A model generated the notes under the pieces. It ran no database searches. It saw only the letters and a list, made by a program, of their open reading frames with translations, and had not been told where the DNA came from. DNA of 64,000 bases from Acidimicrobiales bacterium. Its GTDB lineage: Bacteria; Actinomycetota; Acidimicrobiia; Acidimicrobiales; Poriferisodalaceae. The DNA is taken from NCBI GenBank assembly GCA_014239555.1, contig JAAZYR010000007.1:3141-67140 (forward strand). The letters are read 5' to 3'. Shown here piece after piece: positions 8,616 to 18,900 of this stretch. Each line of letters begins with the position of its first letter. The first letter of the stretch is position 1. Both the position numbers and the translations under genes were made by a program.

Positions 8616-10448
8616 TTAGCTGACGGCTGCCCCATCCAAGCGTCCGTCTTCTCTCCAGTCATGCAGTATGCGATGAAACCGAAGGGGACCGGCACCGTAG
8701 CTAGTGGTGAAAAAGCCGTCAGGATTGCCAGTTTTTCCTTCGTTGTTGTAATAACCGGGGGTGCATTCAGCGCGGAAACGTTCCCCGAGTTTTGATTTGT
8801 CCTCGATTTCATCGACCCAGAGTTGCTCACCTTCAGCAGTCGCTTCAATGGTGGTTCCTTCCTGATCGCGAACTTGCGAAATTAGGTAGGAAATGTGCAT
8901 CGCTTGCTCGTTGAGAGCTTGCGGAACGTTCACGGTGACAGCTGTGTGAGTGAAGCCGAGAAAAAAACAGTTCGGGAAATCTGTGGTCTGCATTCCATGC
9001 AACGTACGGGGACCATTTTCCCATTTCTGACTCAGAGTTAGGCCGGCTCTGCCGACTACCTCGTAACCAGCTCGGCGGGTGTAGCCGGTACCAACTTCGA
9101 ACCCGGTGGCGAAAACAATGCAATCAACTTCGTATTCCACGCCGTTTGCGACAAGGCCAGTCGGGGTGATGCGCTCCACGCCTTTGCCATCGGTATCAAC
9201 CAGGGTCACATTTGGCAGGTTGAAAGTAGGTAGATACTCATCGTGGAAACAGGGTCGTTTGCAAAACTGCCGGTACCAGGGTTTCAGAGCCTCAGCAGTT
9301 GCGGCGTCCTCGACGATTGCATCGACTCGTTGTCGAACCGTGTTCATCTTCTGGTAGTCGGCCATCTTCATGAGGTGGCCTTTTTCGCGACCCGTGATCC
9401 GGCGACCGAGCTTTCGGCCAGCCAACTTGGCTGCTGTTCCAGTTAGGTTCCGAAAAATGTCGGTCCAACCGTCAGATACCAGATCTTCATCTTGGTCACC
9501 ACCGCTGACGAGCGTATTGAAGTTCTCCATTCGGCGGTATTGCCAGCCTGGTTCCAGCGATTCCGCCCATTCGGGGTCGGTCTCACGGTTGTTTCTCACG
9601 TCAACGGACGACGGAGTTCGTTGGAAAACGTACAAATGTTCGGAAGATTCGCCAAGGTGAGGGATGCACTGGATTGCTGTAGCGCCGGTGCCAATAATTG
9701 CAACTTTTTTGTCGGCTAAACCGCTCAAGTTTCCTGTGTTGTCGCCTCCCGTGTAGTCATAATCCCACCGGCTCGTGTGGAAGGTGTGTCCTTCGAAAGT
9801 GTCGATGCCGGCAATGCCGGGAAGCTTGGGACGGTTAAGGGGACCATTCGCCATCGCGACGAACTGAGCGTGCATCCGGTCACCGCGGTCAGTTTCGATA
9901 ATCCACCTTGAGATGTCCTCATCCCAACGCAGGTTCGTAACTGAAGTGCTGAAGCAAGCGTTTTTGTACAGGTCGTAGTGGCGACCAATATTTTGGGTGT
10001 GGTCCATAATTTCTGGAGCGAAGGAATATTTGTGTTTGGGTATGTAGTCGAGTTCTTCCAGCATTGGGAGGTAGCAGTAACTTTCGACATCGCACATTGC
10101 TCCGGGGTAGCGGTTCCAGTACCAAGTGCCGCCGAAATCTCCGCCGCGTTCAATGACCCTAATATCTTCAAAACCGGCTTCTCGTAGACGCCCACCCATT
10201 AGTAACCCGCCAAAGCCACCGCCAATAATGGCGATTTCGACATCATCGAAGAGCGGCGCTCTGTCAGCTACTTTCTCGTAAGGGTCATCGAGGTATTTGG
10301 CGAATTCGCCGCTGACTTCCACGTACTGCTCATTGTGGTCGTCGCGAAGGCGTCTATCGCGCTCTGAGAGGTATTTCGCGTGTAATTCCTGAGGGTCGAA
10401 ATCGATCTCACCTAGGACCGCGGTAACGGCGTCGTGCATGTCGTCCAT
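8616..10448 (-). CDS. Baeyer-Villiger (type I flavin) monooxygenase with N-terminal extension
   Basis: Rossmann motif IIGGGFGG, then GGTWYWNRYPGAMCD. BVMO fingerprint FEGHTFHTSRW. Second dinucleotide motif IIGTGATA. Confidence 0.9.
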   Translation of the reverse strand: MDDMHDAVTAVLGEIDFDPQELHAKYLSERDRRLRDDHNEQYVEVSGEFAKYLDDPYEKVADRAPLFDDVEIAIIGGGFGGLLMGGRLREAGFEDIRVIERGGDFGGTWYWNRYPGAMCDVESYCYLPMLEELDYIPKHKYSFAPEIMDHTQNIGRHYDLYKNACFSTSVTNLRWDEDISRWIIETDRGDRMHAQFVAMANGPLNRPKLPGIAGIDTFEGHTFHTSRWDYDYTGGDNTGNLSGLADKKVAIIGTGATAIQCIPHLGESSEHLYVFQRTPSSVDVRNNRETDPEWAESLEPGWQYRRMENFNTLVSGGDQDEDLVSDGWTDIFRNLTGTAAKLAGRKLGRRITGREKGHLMKMADYQKMNTVRQRVDAIVEDAATAEALKPWYRQFCKRPCFHDEYLPTFNLPNVTLVDTDGKGVERITPTGLVANGVEYEVDCIVFATGFEVGTGYTRRAGYEVVGRAGLTLSQKWENGPRTLHGMQTTDFPNCFFLGFTHTAVTVNVPQALNEQAMHISYLISQVRDQEGTTIEATAEGEQLWVDEIEDKSKLGERFRAECTPGYYNNEGKTGNPDGFFTTSYGAGPLRFHRILHDWREDGRLDGAAVS

Positions 10449-10499
10449 GCCACGACACTACCCGGAACCTAACATCAGTTAGTTAATTGGCCCAAGAAT

Positions 10500-11840
10500 T
10501 CATTCCCAAGAGATCCTTGCCCACGTAAGCGTCGAACAATAGTAGACATCCCGTTCGTCCCCAGCGGAGAGAAACATACCGTTTGCAATGCGCGACCCAG
10601 TAGGAACCCGTGCCAGTAATTCACCGGTTGGGATGTCAATCACGACGACATCATCGGACTGGTCGTCGGTGAAGTCGTTTATGACGAGTTCACCAGAATC
10701 TGGAAAGACGACTGGTTGCATGGTTGGTTTAATGTCTAAATGCCAGAGTGGCTCCAAACTACCGGCGGTCGAAATGCCCGCGAGTCCCCCGTTTATTGAG
10801 TCCCAAGCCACGGCAACCCCGTGTTCGGGAACGTTGACAGGGGGAGCAAATATGCCTCCGCCTGGAATCCCAAATGGTTCGATGCTGTCCATGTGACCGT
10901 TTAACTGATCGATACGAAGGAGCCGCTGAGCGCCCGTCCACGGAGCCGGGTTCTGCCATGACACGCGTTTGCCCGGCGGTTGATCGAAACGTCCGTTTGG
11001 GAGGGTGCGATGGATACTCTGGACGGCTTCGATGTCGCCGCAATCCATCAGCCAGAGGTGACCGTCGGAGATACAAGAGTCCCACGCGAGCCCCCATTCT
11101 GAACCTGAGTGGCGATATCTGCAGTTCCAATCAGCGACAGCGGGGGAGCCATCAATCATGTCAATTCGCCAGACGTGCTCAGTGCCTGGGACATAAACAG
11201 AGTCAATGCCGTCGTGCTGGTCGGCAGCAATTCGACCCATTGAGCCCTCCGGCAAGACCAAAGTGTCAAGGACTTGCAAGCCTTGCGGTTCTATAAAGGT
11301 GAGGGTGGTCCCACCTTGACCTTCAAGGCGTAGGTCTTTAGTCACCAGCGTGCCGTCGGAAAGAGCCAAAAGCCCGTTGTGGGCGCGGCTGACGGGCAGT
11401 TCCCTTTCACAAACAACTGACAGATCGTGAGGGTCAAGGCTGTGTAGGTAGGAACCATTGACTGACATGATTAACCCGTTCACATGAACAAGGATTGCGC
11501 CGCACCACACATGATCGCCACAAGGTAAAGGAGGTGATTCAGCCAACGTTTCCAGAGAAGTCGGGTGATATCGGGTGACCCATCCGAATGGAGGAGGCCC
11601 GATAAAGGCGGGCATTGTTCCCCCGAGATACCACTCGCCGGGATCACGCCTAACGGTCATGACGTTCCAACGATCGTTCCTAATCGAGGTCACATTGACT
11701 TTGCCGCCGATCGCGTCAAGGCGGCCGCTCTGCGCTTTCTGTCGACGGTTACCCCCGCATTCCACAGGCCAAGTGGAATTCCAATAGCCAGAATGGACTT
11801 CGGTGCGATCGAGAGGTGCGTTAGTCATCGGGTATCCCAC
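10500..11840 (-). CDS. Hypothetical protein, probably beta-propeller-like; function unknown
   Basis: 446-aa ORF on the same strand, 51 nt upstream of the BVMO. It has repeated short beta-strand/turn segments (DGTLVTKDL, DGHLWLMDCGD, VVVIDIPTGELLARVPTG) reminiscent of PQQ-like propeller repeats. No signal peptide. The start is GTG 11840 or ATG 11828. Confidence 0.55.
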   Translation of the reverse strand: MGYPMTNAPLDRTEVHSGYWNSTWPVECGGNRRQKAQSGRLDAIGGKVNVTSIRNDRWNVMTVRRDPGEWYLGGTMPAFIGPPPFGWVTRYHPTSLETLAESPPLPCGDHVWCGAILVHVNGLIMSVNGSYLHSLDPHDLSVVCERELPVSRAHNGLLALSDGTLVTKDLRLEGQGGTTLTFIEPQGLQVLDTLVLPEGSMGRIAADQHDGIDSVYVPGTEHVWRIDMIDGSPAVADWNCRYRHSGSEWGLAWDSCISDGHLWLMDCGDIEAVQSIHRTLPNGRFDQPPGKRVSWQNPAPWTGAQRLLRIDQLNGHMDSIEPFGIPGGGIFAPPVNVPEHGVAVAWDSINGGLAGISTAGSLEPLWHLDIKPTMQPVVFPDSGELVINDFTDDQSDDVVVIDIPTGELLARVPTGSRIANGMFLSAGDERDVYYCSTLTWARISWE

Positions 11841-11895
11841 TAATCTTCTGATAAGGAATTGCGGATCCAGCTAGTTCGGGGTTGATGGAGACTTC

Positions 11896-13116
11896 ATGCA
11901 GCGTAGCGAGCAGATAGCGCAGGTAAAGGTGCTACTAGCGAGCCTCGATTCGGGGGTGAACGTAGATGCAGGCGGGATCCGCCTCAACCCCACCGACAGT
12001 TACATCAATACGGAGACCGCTCAGAGGGAACGCTCCCTCTTTTTCCAGAGTCACCCACAAGTATTGGGTCTAAGTGGTGATCTACCCGAGCCTGGATCGT
12101 TCATCACAATCAATGATTTAGACACTCGCATCCTCGCGACTCGCGACGAAAAAGGAGAATTCCGAGCCTTTGTTAATGCATGCAGACACAGAGGAGTCGC
12201 TGTTGAAGAACGAGAGAACGGAAGGGCTCGGCGTTTCGTGTGCCCGTTCCATAGTTGGTCCTATGACCCTCAAGGAGCGCTAGTTGGGTTACCCAAAGAG
12301 GACCATTTCGGTTCCATCGACAAGAAAAGCTTCGGTCTTATCGAATTGGCCGCTGAGGAGAAATACGGGTTCCTTTTCGCAAACCCAGATCCGTTGGCCT
12401 CCCTCGATGTCGACGCATTACTTGGGCCTGAGCTCAGCGAAGAACTAGATGCATGGGACTTTGGTTCGCTGGTGCGCCTCGGCGGTGACCGCTACGAAGT
12501 GGACTGCAACTGGAAACTTGCGATGGACACATTCGGCGAGACGTACCACTTCAATTCCCTCCATAAGGATTCACTAGCAACGTTCTTCGAGGGCAACGTC
12601 CAGTGCTATGACACATTTGGGCAGCATCACCGAATGATCCTCTGTCGCAAGGCCATTCATGCCATGCGAGAGCTACCAGAAGATCAGTGGGATATCACCA
12701 TCGCCGGGCTGCCCGTGTATTGGCTTTTCCCGAACACCATTTTGCTTCCCAATGATTTCGGTATGTATCTGGTACGCGCTTACCCAGATTCGGAGTCCCC
12801 TGGACGTCATACGAGTGTGATTACCTTTTACACCCACTCAAGTGAGGACCGGGATGGAACTAATGGCAAGATTGGGGCAGAACGTAAGGCTCAGATCCAA
12901 TCCGCGCCGATTGAAGCGTTGAAAGAAATTGCGCAGGGCTTTGCCGACATCATTCGCGATGAGGATTATGTGGCTAGCGCAAGCCAGCAACGATCCGCAG
13001 CGAGTGGGGCATTACCCCATGTGGTGTTCGGTCGCAACGAACCTGCTCTCCACCACTACCACAACACCTATCGTGACGCGTTAGGCGAAGCTCCCCTACC
13101 ACTACTCGAGGCCTAG
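11896..13116 (+). CDS. Rieske [2Fe-2S] ring-hydroxylating oxygenase, alpha (catalytic) subunit
   Basis: Rieske motif CRHRG...CPFHSW. The C-terminal catalytic domain has a size typical of this family. Confidence 0.85.
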   Translation: MQRSEQIAQVKVLLASLDSGVNVDAGGIRLNPTDSYINTETAQRERSLFFQSHPQVLGLSGDLPEPGSFITINDLDTRILATRDEKGEFRAFVNACRHRGVAVEERENGRARRFVCPFHSWSYDPQGALVGLPKEDHFGSIDKKSFGLIELAAEEKYGFLFANPDPLASLDVDALLGPELSEELDAWDFGSLVRLGGDRYEVDCNWKLAMDTFGETYHFNSLHKDSLATFFEGNVQCYDTFGQHHRMILCRKAIHAMRELPEDQWDITIAGLPVYWLFPNTILLPNDFGMYLVRAYPDSESPGRHTSVITFYTHSSEDRDGTNGKIGAERKAQIQSAPIEALKEIAQGFADIIRDEDYVASASQQRSAASGALPHVVFGRNEPALHHYHNTYRDALGEAPLPLLEA

Positions 13117-13162
13117 CCGTCGGCTAACTAAAAGTTTCGGCCGGCGAATTGGATTTTGTGAC

Positions 13163-13180
13163 CAGACGCCAAAGCGTCTG
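13163..13180. terminator. Perfect 7-bp hairpin between convergent genes
   Basis: CAGACGC-CAAA-GCGTCTG lies in the 100-nt spacer between the Rieske and carotenoid-oxygenase stops. Neither side has a clear U-tract. Confidence 0.3.
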
Positions 13181-13216
13181 CGGCCCATTGCGGGAACCCT
13201 TTAGCGACGACAGTGC

Positions 13217-14686
13217 CTACAGGTCAGTACTCGGTGCCCAGGTCGAATGAGTACCGCTTGAGATTCGTTCAGGAAGCCGAATCTTACACACGGGTCCTTC
13301 CATCATTTGTGACGCGTCGAAGACCAATGCTTCGGAAAAGTCGTTGTTGATATCAGATGAGAAGGTGACTAAGTATCCGTCATCTTCAGCGGTGGACTGA
13401 TCCCTAGGGGCCATCACCGTTTCGCTAACAAAAACCCCAGGTTCGAACTCGTATAGCTCCTCGGTTCCGCTGTCGAGGTCGTGTTTGATCAGTCCATCAA
13501 ACGCGAAGAGTCCCGGCGAACACCGAGCGTTATAGGAATACCTGTGCCTCCTACCGGCATGACGACCATTGATCATCGGAAATTCGGCACAAGTGTCGCT
13601 GGTTTGTTCTTCGCGGCATTCGCCAGTCCGGACGTTGAACTTCCAACGATGCGCGCGAGCTTGTAAAACATTCATATCCAAGGTTTCAAAACCCTTCAAT
13701 GGGCCTGTCTGCCGCTCTACCCCTCGGGCAGTGGGGTTGTGTTGGAAGAAACCATCCAAGATGACCCAATCACCATCCTCGTATGCGTTCGTCCAATGAA
13801 GCACGAAAGTGGGATCGGACTCGAACCAAAGAATGTCCTCGGTTGCACCGTGGCGAGGAATGAGAGCAAATCGGCTCGGGAGGTCGCGGTCAAAGATATT
13901 CGAGTAGTAGCCGTCAGCGAGGGCTTCCGGGCTCCAGAAAAGAGGGAGATCGTTCAGAATCGACCAGTTTTCGGTAAAGGCCATGTCATGGGGGAGTCGC
14001 GGGCCAGGTAACGGGACATCTACGTGATCGGTGAGTTCACCGGCACGATTAACCACGCCATAGCGAAGATACGGGGCCTCAGTGAAATAGCTGAAGAACA
14101 GCAAATCGCCAGTGTGTTCATCAACTTTGGCATGAGCCGAGACCCCTTCAGTGGGAAAGAAGCCATCCCAACTGGTTTTGCCCAAATTCTCCAAGGTTCT
14201 GGGATCTAGCCGATACAACTCACCGCATTGATAAAAACTTGCTAAAGCGACCCCTCCATGAACGGTGACATCGGTAGACGCGTTGTCTTTCATCAAAGTT
14301 CTGGCGCCCCACCCCTCATCGGCGATCGAATTAGAAGGATGCTCGGATATTCCGGCCCAGAGGCTGCTCTTCGATTCTTGTTCAGCGAGAAATCCGTCGG
14401 TTTGGACGAAACGGTTCGCATAACGAGCTTCACCGTTTTCGAAGGAGATGGCGTGCATCATGCTGTCGCCGTCGAACGGGTGATATCGCTTTATCGGCTC
14501 AAATAACGGGTTCTCAGTGTTCCTTAGGTAAACACCGTTTAAATCGTCGGGTATTTCACCCACGACATCCATGTCCCAAGCGTTGTACTCGCGGTGTTGG
14601 GGTTGCCATATTCCTGACCGATATGGATGGTCATCGTCAGGAGGTAGTCCTGCCTCGAAGGTTCGATTTAGCGCGATAGTCATCAT
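13217..14686 (-). CDS. Carotenoid/stilbene cleavage oxygenase (RPE65/CCO family)
   Basis: Motifs YLRNTENP, HPFDGDSMMHAISF and VLHWTNAYEDG are typical of CCOs. I chose the start at ATG 14686 (or 14683) because GGGAG sits just upstream. The TTG at 14710 is the maximal ORF. Confidence 0.85.
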   Translation of the reverse strand: MMTIALNRTFEAGLPPDDDHPYRSGIWQPQHREYNAWDMDVVGEIPDDLNGVYLRNTENPLFEPIKRYHPFDGDSMMHAISFENGEARYANRFVQTDGFLAEQESKSSLWAGISEHPSNSIADEGWGARTLMKDNASTDVTVHGGVALASFYQCGELYRLDPRTLENLGKTSWDGFFPTEGVSAHAKVDEHTGDLLFFSYFTEAPYLRYGVVNRAGELTDHVDVPLPGPRLPHDMAFTENWSILNDLPLFWSPEALADGYYSNIFDRDLPSRFALIPRHGATEDILWFESDPTFVLHWTNAYEDGDWVILDGFFQHNPTARGVERQTGPLKGFETLDMNVLQARAHRWKFNVRTGECREEQTSDTCAEFPMINGRHAGRRHRYSYNARCSPGLFAFDGLIKHDLDSGTEELYEFEPGVFVSETVMAPRDQSTAEDDGYLVTFSSDINNDFSEALVFDASQMMEGPVCKIRLPERISSGTHSTWAPSTDL

Positions 14687-14794
14687 GTCTCCCAAGTGGG
14701 AGCGTAGCAATGACTTGAACCGATGAGGAGCTTAAGACTCTCCTCGTCGGATGGGGCAGACTACGACAAGTTGAACACCACAGAAAGACCAGCA

Positions 14795-16048
14795 ATGATC
14801 GCACCTACGTCAGAAGAGATTTATCGGCTTTGTGCCAATGACTCGGAATTTCGAATGGCGGCCCGATATTGGACCGGTGGAATTCGCTTTGAGATGGGTT
14901 CGGTCCTGACCGGCGTCACCGTGGAAGACGGTGTTGTTCGGGTAGGCGTTCCAGATGAGGGGCAAGGTGTCGTTGTTATCGCTGGACCCGACGATCTTTG
15001 GGAAAAAGTCCGAGCCGCCACGCCTCCACGTTTTTTCAACGACATCAATGTTGCCACTGGTCGAGGAGGCTTATCGTGGAACGGTGATCGCCTCACATGG
15101 TGGCAGTACCTGCCTGCTATTCAACGAATCACTGAGCTTTTGAGATATTCAGAAATAGTCATTCCCGACAGCGTGAAGGAAGGCGGAGGAGCGGGATCGT
15201 TTGATGCGCCCAGCGGTCGTTATGTCCGGGTGGAGTTGCAAGGGTTAGAGCACCGTATTTACTTTGAAGAGGCCGGATCTGGCATTCCGCTGTTGCTCCA
15301 GCACACAGCTGGCTCACACGGAGTGCAATGGCGACATCTGTTCGAAAGTTCCGCTATTACAGAAAATTTTAGATTAATTGCCTACGATTTGCCGTTCCAC
15401 GGCAAATCTATTCCTCCCGTTGATCGACGCTGGTGGGCGGAGGAATATCGGCTCGAAGGGGAGTTCCTGCGCTCAGTTCCGTTAGCGCTGACGGAAGTAC
15501 TTCAACTGAATCAGCCGGTCTTTATGGGATGCTCGGTTGGCGGTCTTCTAGCACTCGATTTGGCGCACAAACATCCTGATGTGTTTCGTGCTGTGATCTC
15601 GTTGGAAGGAGCGTTGCATATTGGTGGTGATATTGAGGCGTTAGAAGGTTTTTGGCATCCAAAGGTTTCCGGCGAAACGAAGGCTCGGATGATGGAGGGT
15701 CTAACTGCACCCACTTCTCCCGAGCCGTACCGGAAAGAAACCGTACAAACCTACGCTTCGGGATGGCCGCCTGTGTTTGTAGGGGACCTTTGGTATTACA
15801 TCTCTGAGTATGACCTTCGCGAGGTGGCGTCCAGCATTGACACCTCGTCGGTCGGCGTACACATCTTCTCGGGGGAGTACGACTACAGCGGAACGATAGA
15901 AAAAGGACTCGAAGCTCATGCCGCAATCAGTGGGTCAACGTTTTGTGAAATGAGGGGAATGGGTCACTTCCCAATGTCGGAGAATCCTCGCGCATTTATC
16001 GAGTATTTGTTACCGGTCCTTGAGACGATAAAGGCGATGTCGTTATAA
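14795..16048 (+). CDS. Alpha/beta-hydrolase with an N-terminal extension of about 150 aa of unknown function
   Basis: Nucleophile elbow GCSVGG, plus IYFEEAGSGIPLLLQHTAGSH. The N-terminal part is possibly SCP2-like (weak). The start is uncertain (14723 or 14795). Confidence 0.7.
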   Translation: MIAPTSEEIYRLCANDSEFRMAARYWTGGIRFEMGSVLTGVTVEDGVVRVGVPDEGQGVVVIAGPDDLWEKVRAATPPRFFNDINVATGRGGLSWNGDRLTWWQYLPAIQRITELLRYSEIVIPDSVKEGGGAGSFDAPSGRYVRVELQGLEHRIYFEEAGSGIPLLLQHTAGSHGVQWRHLFESSAITENFRLIAYDLPFHGKSIPPVDRRWWAEEYRLEGEFLRSVPLALTEVLQLNQPVFMGCSVGGLLALDLAHKHPDVFRAVISLEGALHIGGDIEALEGFWHPKVSGETKARMMEGLTAPTSPEPYRKETVQTYASGWPPVFVGDLWYYISEYDLREVASSIDTSSVGVHIFSGEYDYSGTIEKGLEAHAAISGSTFCEMRGMGHFPMSENPRAFIEYLLPVLETIKAMSL

Positions 16049-16852
16049 GTCTTCAACGGGTGGAAAGTCCGAAGGTGGCATGATGTCGACTGTCGCCGAT
16101 CGCTGTTGAGCCAACATCCCCCCGTCAACTTTGATGACGTCGCCTGTGACGTAGCCCGCGTCATTCGATGCGAGAAACAAGGCCGGGCCGGTCATGTCGA
16201 AGGGTTCGCCGATGCGACCCATGGGGACGTTCTCGCCTCGTAAAATTCGTTGGTCGGCGTCTAGGCCACTTGTGTCTATTGAGCCTGGCATAAGAGCGTT
16301 GACTCGTATTCCGTAAGGTCCTAGATCAAGTGCGAGTGCTCGCGTGAACGCCTCGATGCCGCCCTTTGTGGCGTCGTAGGCGGTAAAGGACCTATGTGCC
16401 CGTGTTGCACCGCCTGATGACATGTTGATGATGATTCCTTCGCCTGCTCGAGCCATAGGCCGTGCTGCTCGATGAGAGCAAAGGAAGTGCCCAGTCAAGT
16501 TCACATCGATAATGCGCCGCCACCACTCTTCGTTCGCTTCGAAGAAATGCAGCATGGGTCCGACGAGGCCGGCGTTGTTTACCAGAACCTCAACATGGCC
16601 CCATTCGGATTCCACTTGATCAAACATGACACCGACCTGCTCACCGCTAGCTACATCGCATGGAACGGACATAGCTGCGCCGCCAACATCGCTAATTTGG
16701 GCGCATGTCCTTGACGCAGCCTCAATATCGACGTCGTTTACCGCGACTCGGGCTCCTTGATCTGCGAAGCGATTCGCTAAAGCTTGGCCGATGCCACTGC
16801 CGGCTCCAGTAACCAAAACGACCTTGTTGGCTAAGTCTGGATAATGGGACAT
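16043..16852 (-). CDS. Short-chain dehydrogenase/reductase (SDR)
   Basis: TGAGSGIG cofactor motif, NNAG, and a catalytic YxxxK (YDATK). Its stop overlaps the hydrolase stop within the sequence TTATAA. Confidence 0.9.
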   Translation of the reverse strand: MSHYPDLANKVVLVTGAGSGIGQALANRFADQGARVAVNDVDIEAASRTCAQISDVGGAAMSVPCDVASGEQVGVMFDQVESEWGHVEVLVNNAGLVGPMLHFFEANEEWWRRIIDVNLTGHFLCSHRAARPMARAGEGIIINMSSGGATRAHRSFTAYDATKGGIEAFTRALALDLGPYGIRVNALMPGSIDTSGLDADQRILRGENVPMGRIGEPFDMTGPALFLASNDAGYVTGDVIKVDGGMLAQQRSATVDIMPPSDFPPVEDL

Positions 16853-16885
16853 GTGTCCTCCGGGTTCCGCCTCAAAGGCTCAGGT

Positions 16886-17902
16886 TTATGTGAAAAATTT
16901 GGGCGTATGCCCAAGGTCGGGACGTGCGGATCCGTCGACGTCGCGGTCCGAGACTATGTAGCGGCATATACGTTGACCGTGATCGGAAAGCGTCTGGTAG
17001 ACGGAAGTCGGCATGGACAACGCCATTGGTTCTCGAAACCAAGGTGCGTAGTACTCAATGTTGGGGATGGCCCTGAGTTCGTTGGATAAATTGGGGGTGC
17101 CCCCGTGCCAAGCTCTCGGGTCTCTGATAAGGACACTCCCAGCCGGAGCAGGGCAAACCGTGCTGAATTTCATCCAGTCGGGTTCTTCGTCAAGTCCCGG
17201 GATCTGTTGCCGGGAGTGTTGGGTACCTGGAATTTGTCTAGTTGGACCGTTTTGGCTCGTGAAATCGGTCATCAAAAAATTGCAACAGACGTAGGGACAC
17301 GGGAGGTCCCTAATCGTCATGAGCCCTCGCGGATCCCAAAAAGCGCCAGATGTTTTGCTATCGCTGCTGTCTGCCGCAGCGGCGTGATCGGCTATTTCGC
17401 GTCGGTCACCGACATCACTATGAAGGGGTTGATAATCAACGGCACCCGGCAAGCAAAAGTCCCCGCCTCCGCCACGACAGATGTAATCAGGGGATTCGAA
17501 GATTGCCTCGAGTATGGGAGTAACGGTGGGTAGATCGATGAGCATCGCCCACTCCGGTTGGTGGACCTGATGGCCGCTTTTGCTGGCAGATCCCAAGCTA
17601 TAACGATGTGAGCCACGGTTGCCTTGCCGCTCGGTATCGATATTCATAATTTCCGCAATGACGCGATCGCATCCGTTGCGCACTGTGAGGAGCTGTGTGT
17701 CTGTTAATACGTCACTCACCACCACAAAGCCATCCCGATAGAAAATTCGTTTGGCGTCTTGAACCTGGTCGGGTGTGACGATTTCGAGCCCGGTTATTCC
17801 GTTCTTGTGGGCGAAGAGATCCCTCTGTTGTTGCAGCTCTGAGGATTGAGAGTCGCGACCCACCCACCCGTAACGCAATCCGAGGCTTAGCGGGTCACTC
17901 AC
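16886..17902 (-). CDS. Phytanoyl-CoA dioxygenase (PhyH) family Fe(II)/2-oxoglutarate oxygenase
   Basis: FYRDGFVVVSDVLTDTQL N-terminal motif, an HxD triad element (LHSDVGD) and a distal His (AWHGGTPN). Confidence 0.75.
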   Translation of the reverse strand: MSDPLSLGLRYGWVGRDSQSSELQQQRDLFAHKNGITGLEIVTPDQVQDAKRIFYRDGFVVVSDVLTDTQLLTVRNGCDRVIAEIMNIDTERQGNRGSHRYSLGSASKSGHQVHQPEWAMLIDLPTVTPILEAIFESPDYICRGGGGDFCLPGAVDYQPLHSDVGDRREIADHAAAADSSDSKTSGAFWDPRGLMTIRDLPCPYVCCNFLMTDFTSQNGPTRQIPGTQHSRQQIPGLDEEPDWMKFSTVCPAPAGSVLIRDPRAWHGGTPNLSNELRAIPNIEYYAPWFREPMALSMPTSVYQTLSDHGQRICRYIVSDRDVDGSARPDLGHTPKFFT

Positions 17903-18896
17903 CGCCGGCCGCTTTCACGAGATTTCGTAATAAGCGGATCGCCTCATCATGTGGAACGCGCCCACATCCACAAGACGTTGATAACAACAGTCTGTCTTCG
18001 TCCACAACCTCGAGGAGGGCCGCGATTCGATCACTGAGTTCGGACACAGATTGTGGTTCGCGTTTTACGTCCGCAATTCCAGCAACAATCTCAATAGATG
18101 GTGGTATTTCAGCGAGGAGGGCACGATCAGACCACTGCCCGGCGTGGCTGCATTCAATGTGTGCTCGGTCGATAAAGCCGTCTAGGGCTTGGAAAAGTGG
18201 AATTAGCGAAACCAGATTTTGGACTTCGGTCCCGGGCTTTCTCGAAATGTCGCCCAAACAAAAATGGATGGTCCGAGTAATTCCCTCGAGGCCGCTAAAT
18301 GGTGAAATTAAGGAATCGACGAGGTCAGTGGCTTGACGGGTGCCGTTAGCCAAAGCCATCGCTTCTGCAGGAGCATCTAGCTGGATTTCATTTGCGCCAG
18401 CTTTCACCATGTCATCGACTTCGGCTTTAACAATCTTGACGTAGTTCGGCAGTTGTTCTTCGATCCGCGGGTCAGCGTCTAATCCGAGGGTCATTGTTCG
18501 AGGGCTCGGCACCGCACCCTTGTCCAGCCGAGGTTCAATTTTGTGTTCACGTCGAAATCCCAACGCGTGCCCCGTGCCTATAGGGGCAGACACATCACCA
18601 ATGATTTGATATTGACCGATGCCTTGGTAACCCTTAGACGTATCTCGGCGTTGCAGGGTTTCGAGGCCCAAGAGCCGTGGAGGCACGTGATGGACGAAAT
18701 CTGGTCCCCACACCTCGCCGCCCGTGATTTGGTCAACTCCGCATGCGATCATTTCGTCCATGGTGATGCGCGCGGCACGACTGAGAAGTTCTTCAGCTTC
18801 GGTGTCGGTCAATGTTCCGGCGTAATAGCTTTTGAGAGCAGGACGCAAACCAAAGGGGATCGGCCATGATCCGACGCATGTTGTTCGGATAGTCAT
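17895..18896 (-). CDS. Cobalamin-independent methionine synthase (MetE C-terminal domain)-like Zn methyltransferase
   Basis: 333 aa. MetE-like Zn-ligand pattern HxC (IHFCLGD) and a C-terminal Cys (STSCGCG). It overlaps the PhyH start by 8 nt. Confidence 0.75.
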   Translation of the reverse strand: MTIRTTCVGSWPIPFGLRPALKSYYAGTLTDTEAEELLSRAARITMDEMIACGVDQITGGEVWGPDFVHHVPPRLLGLETLQRRDTSKGYQGIGQYQIIGDVSAPIGTGHALGFRREHKIEPRLDKGAVPSPRTMTLGLDADPRIEEQLPNYVKIVKAEVDDMVKAGANEIQLDAPAEAMALANGTRQATDLVDSLISPFSGLEGITRTIHFCLGDISRKPGTEVQNLVSLIPLFQALDGFIDRAHIECSHAGQWSDRALLAEIPPSIEIVAGIADVKREPQSVSELSDRIAALLEVVDEDRLLLSTSCGCGRVPHDEAIRLLRNLVKAAGGE

Positions 18897-18900
18897 GCGT

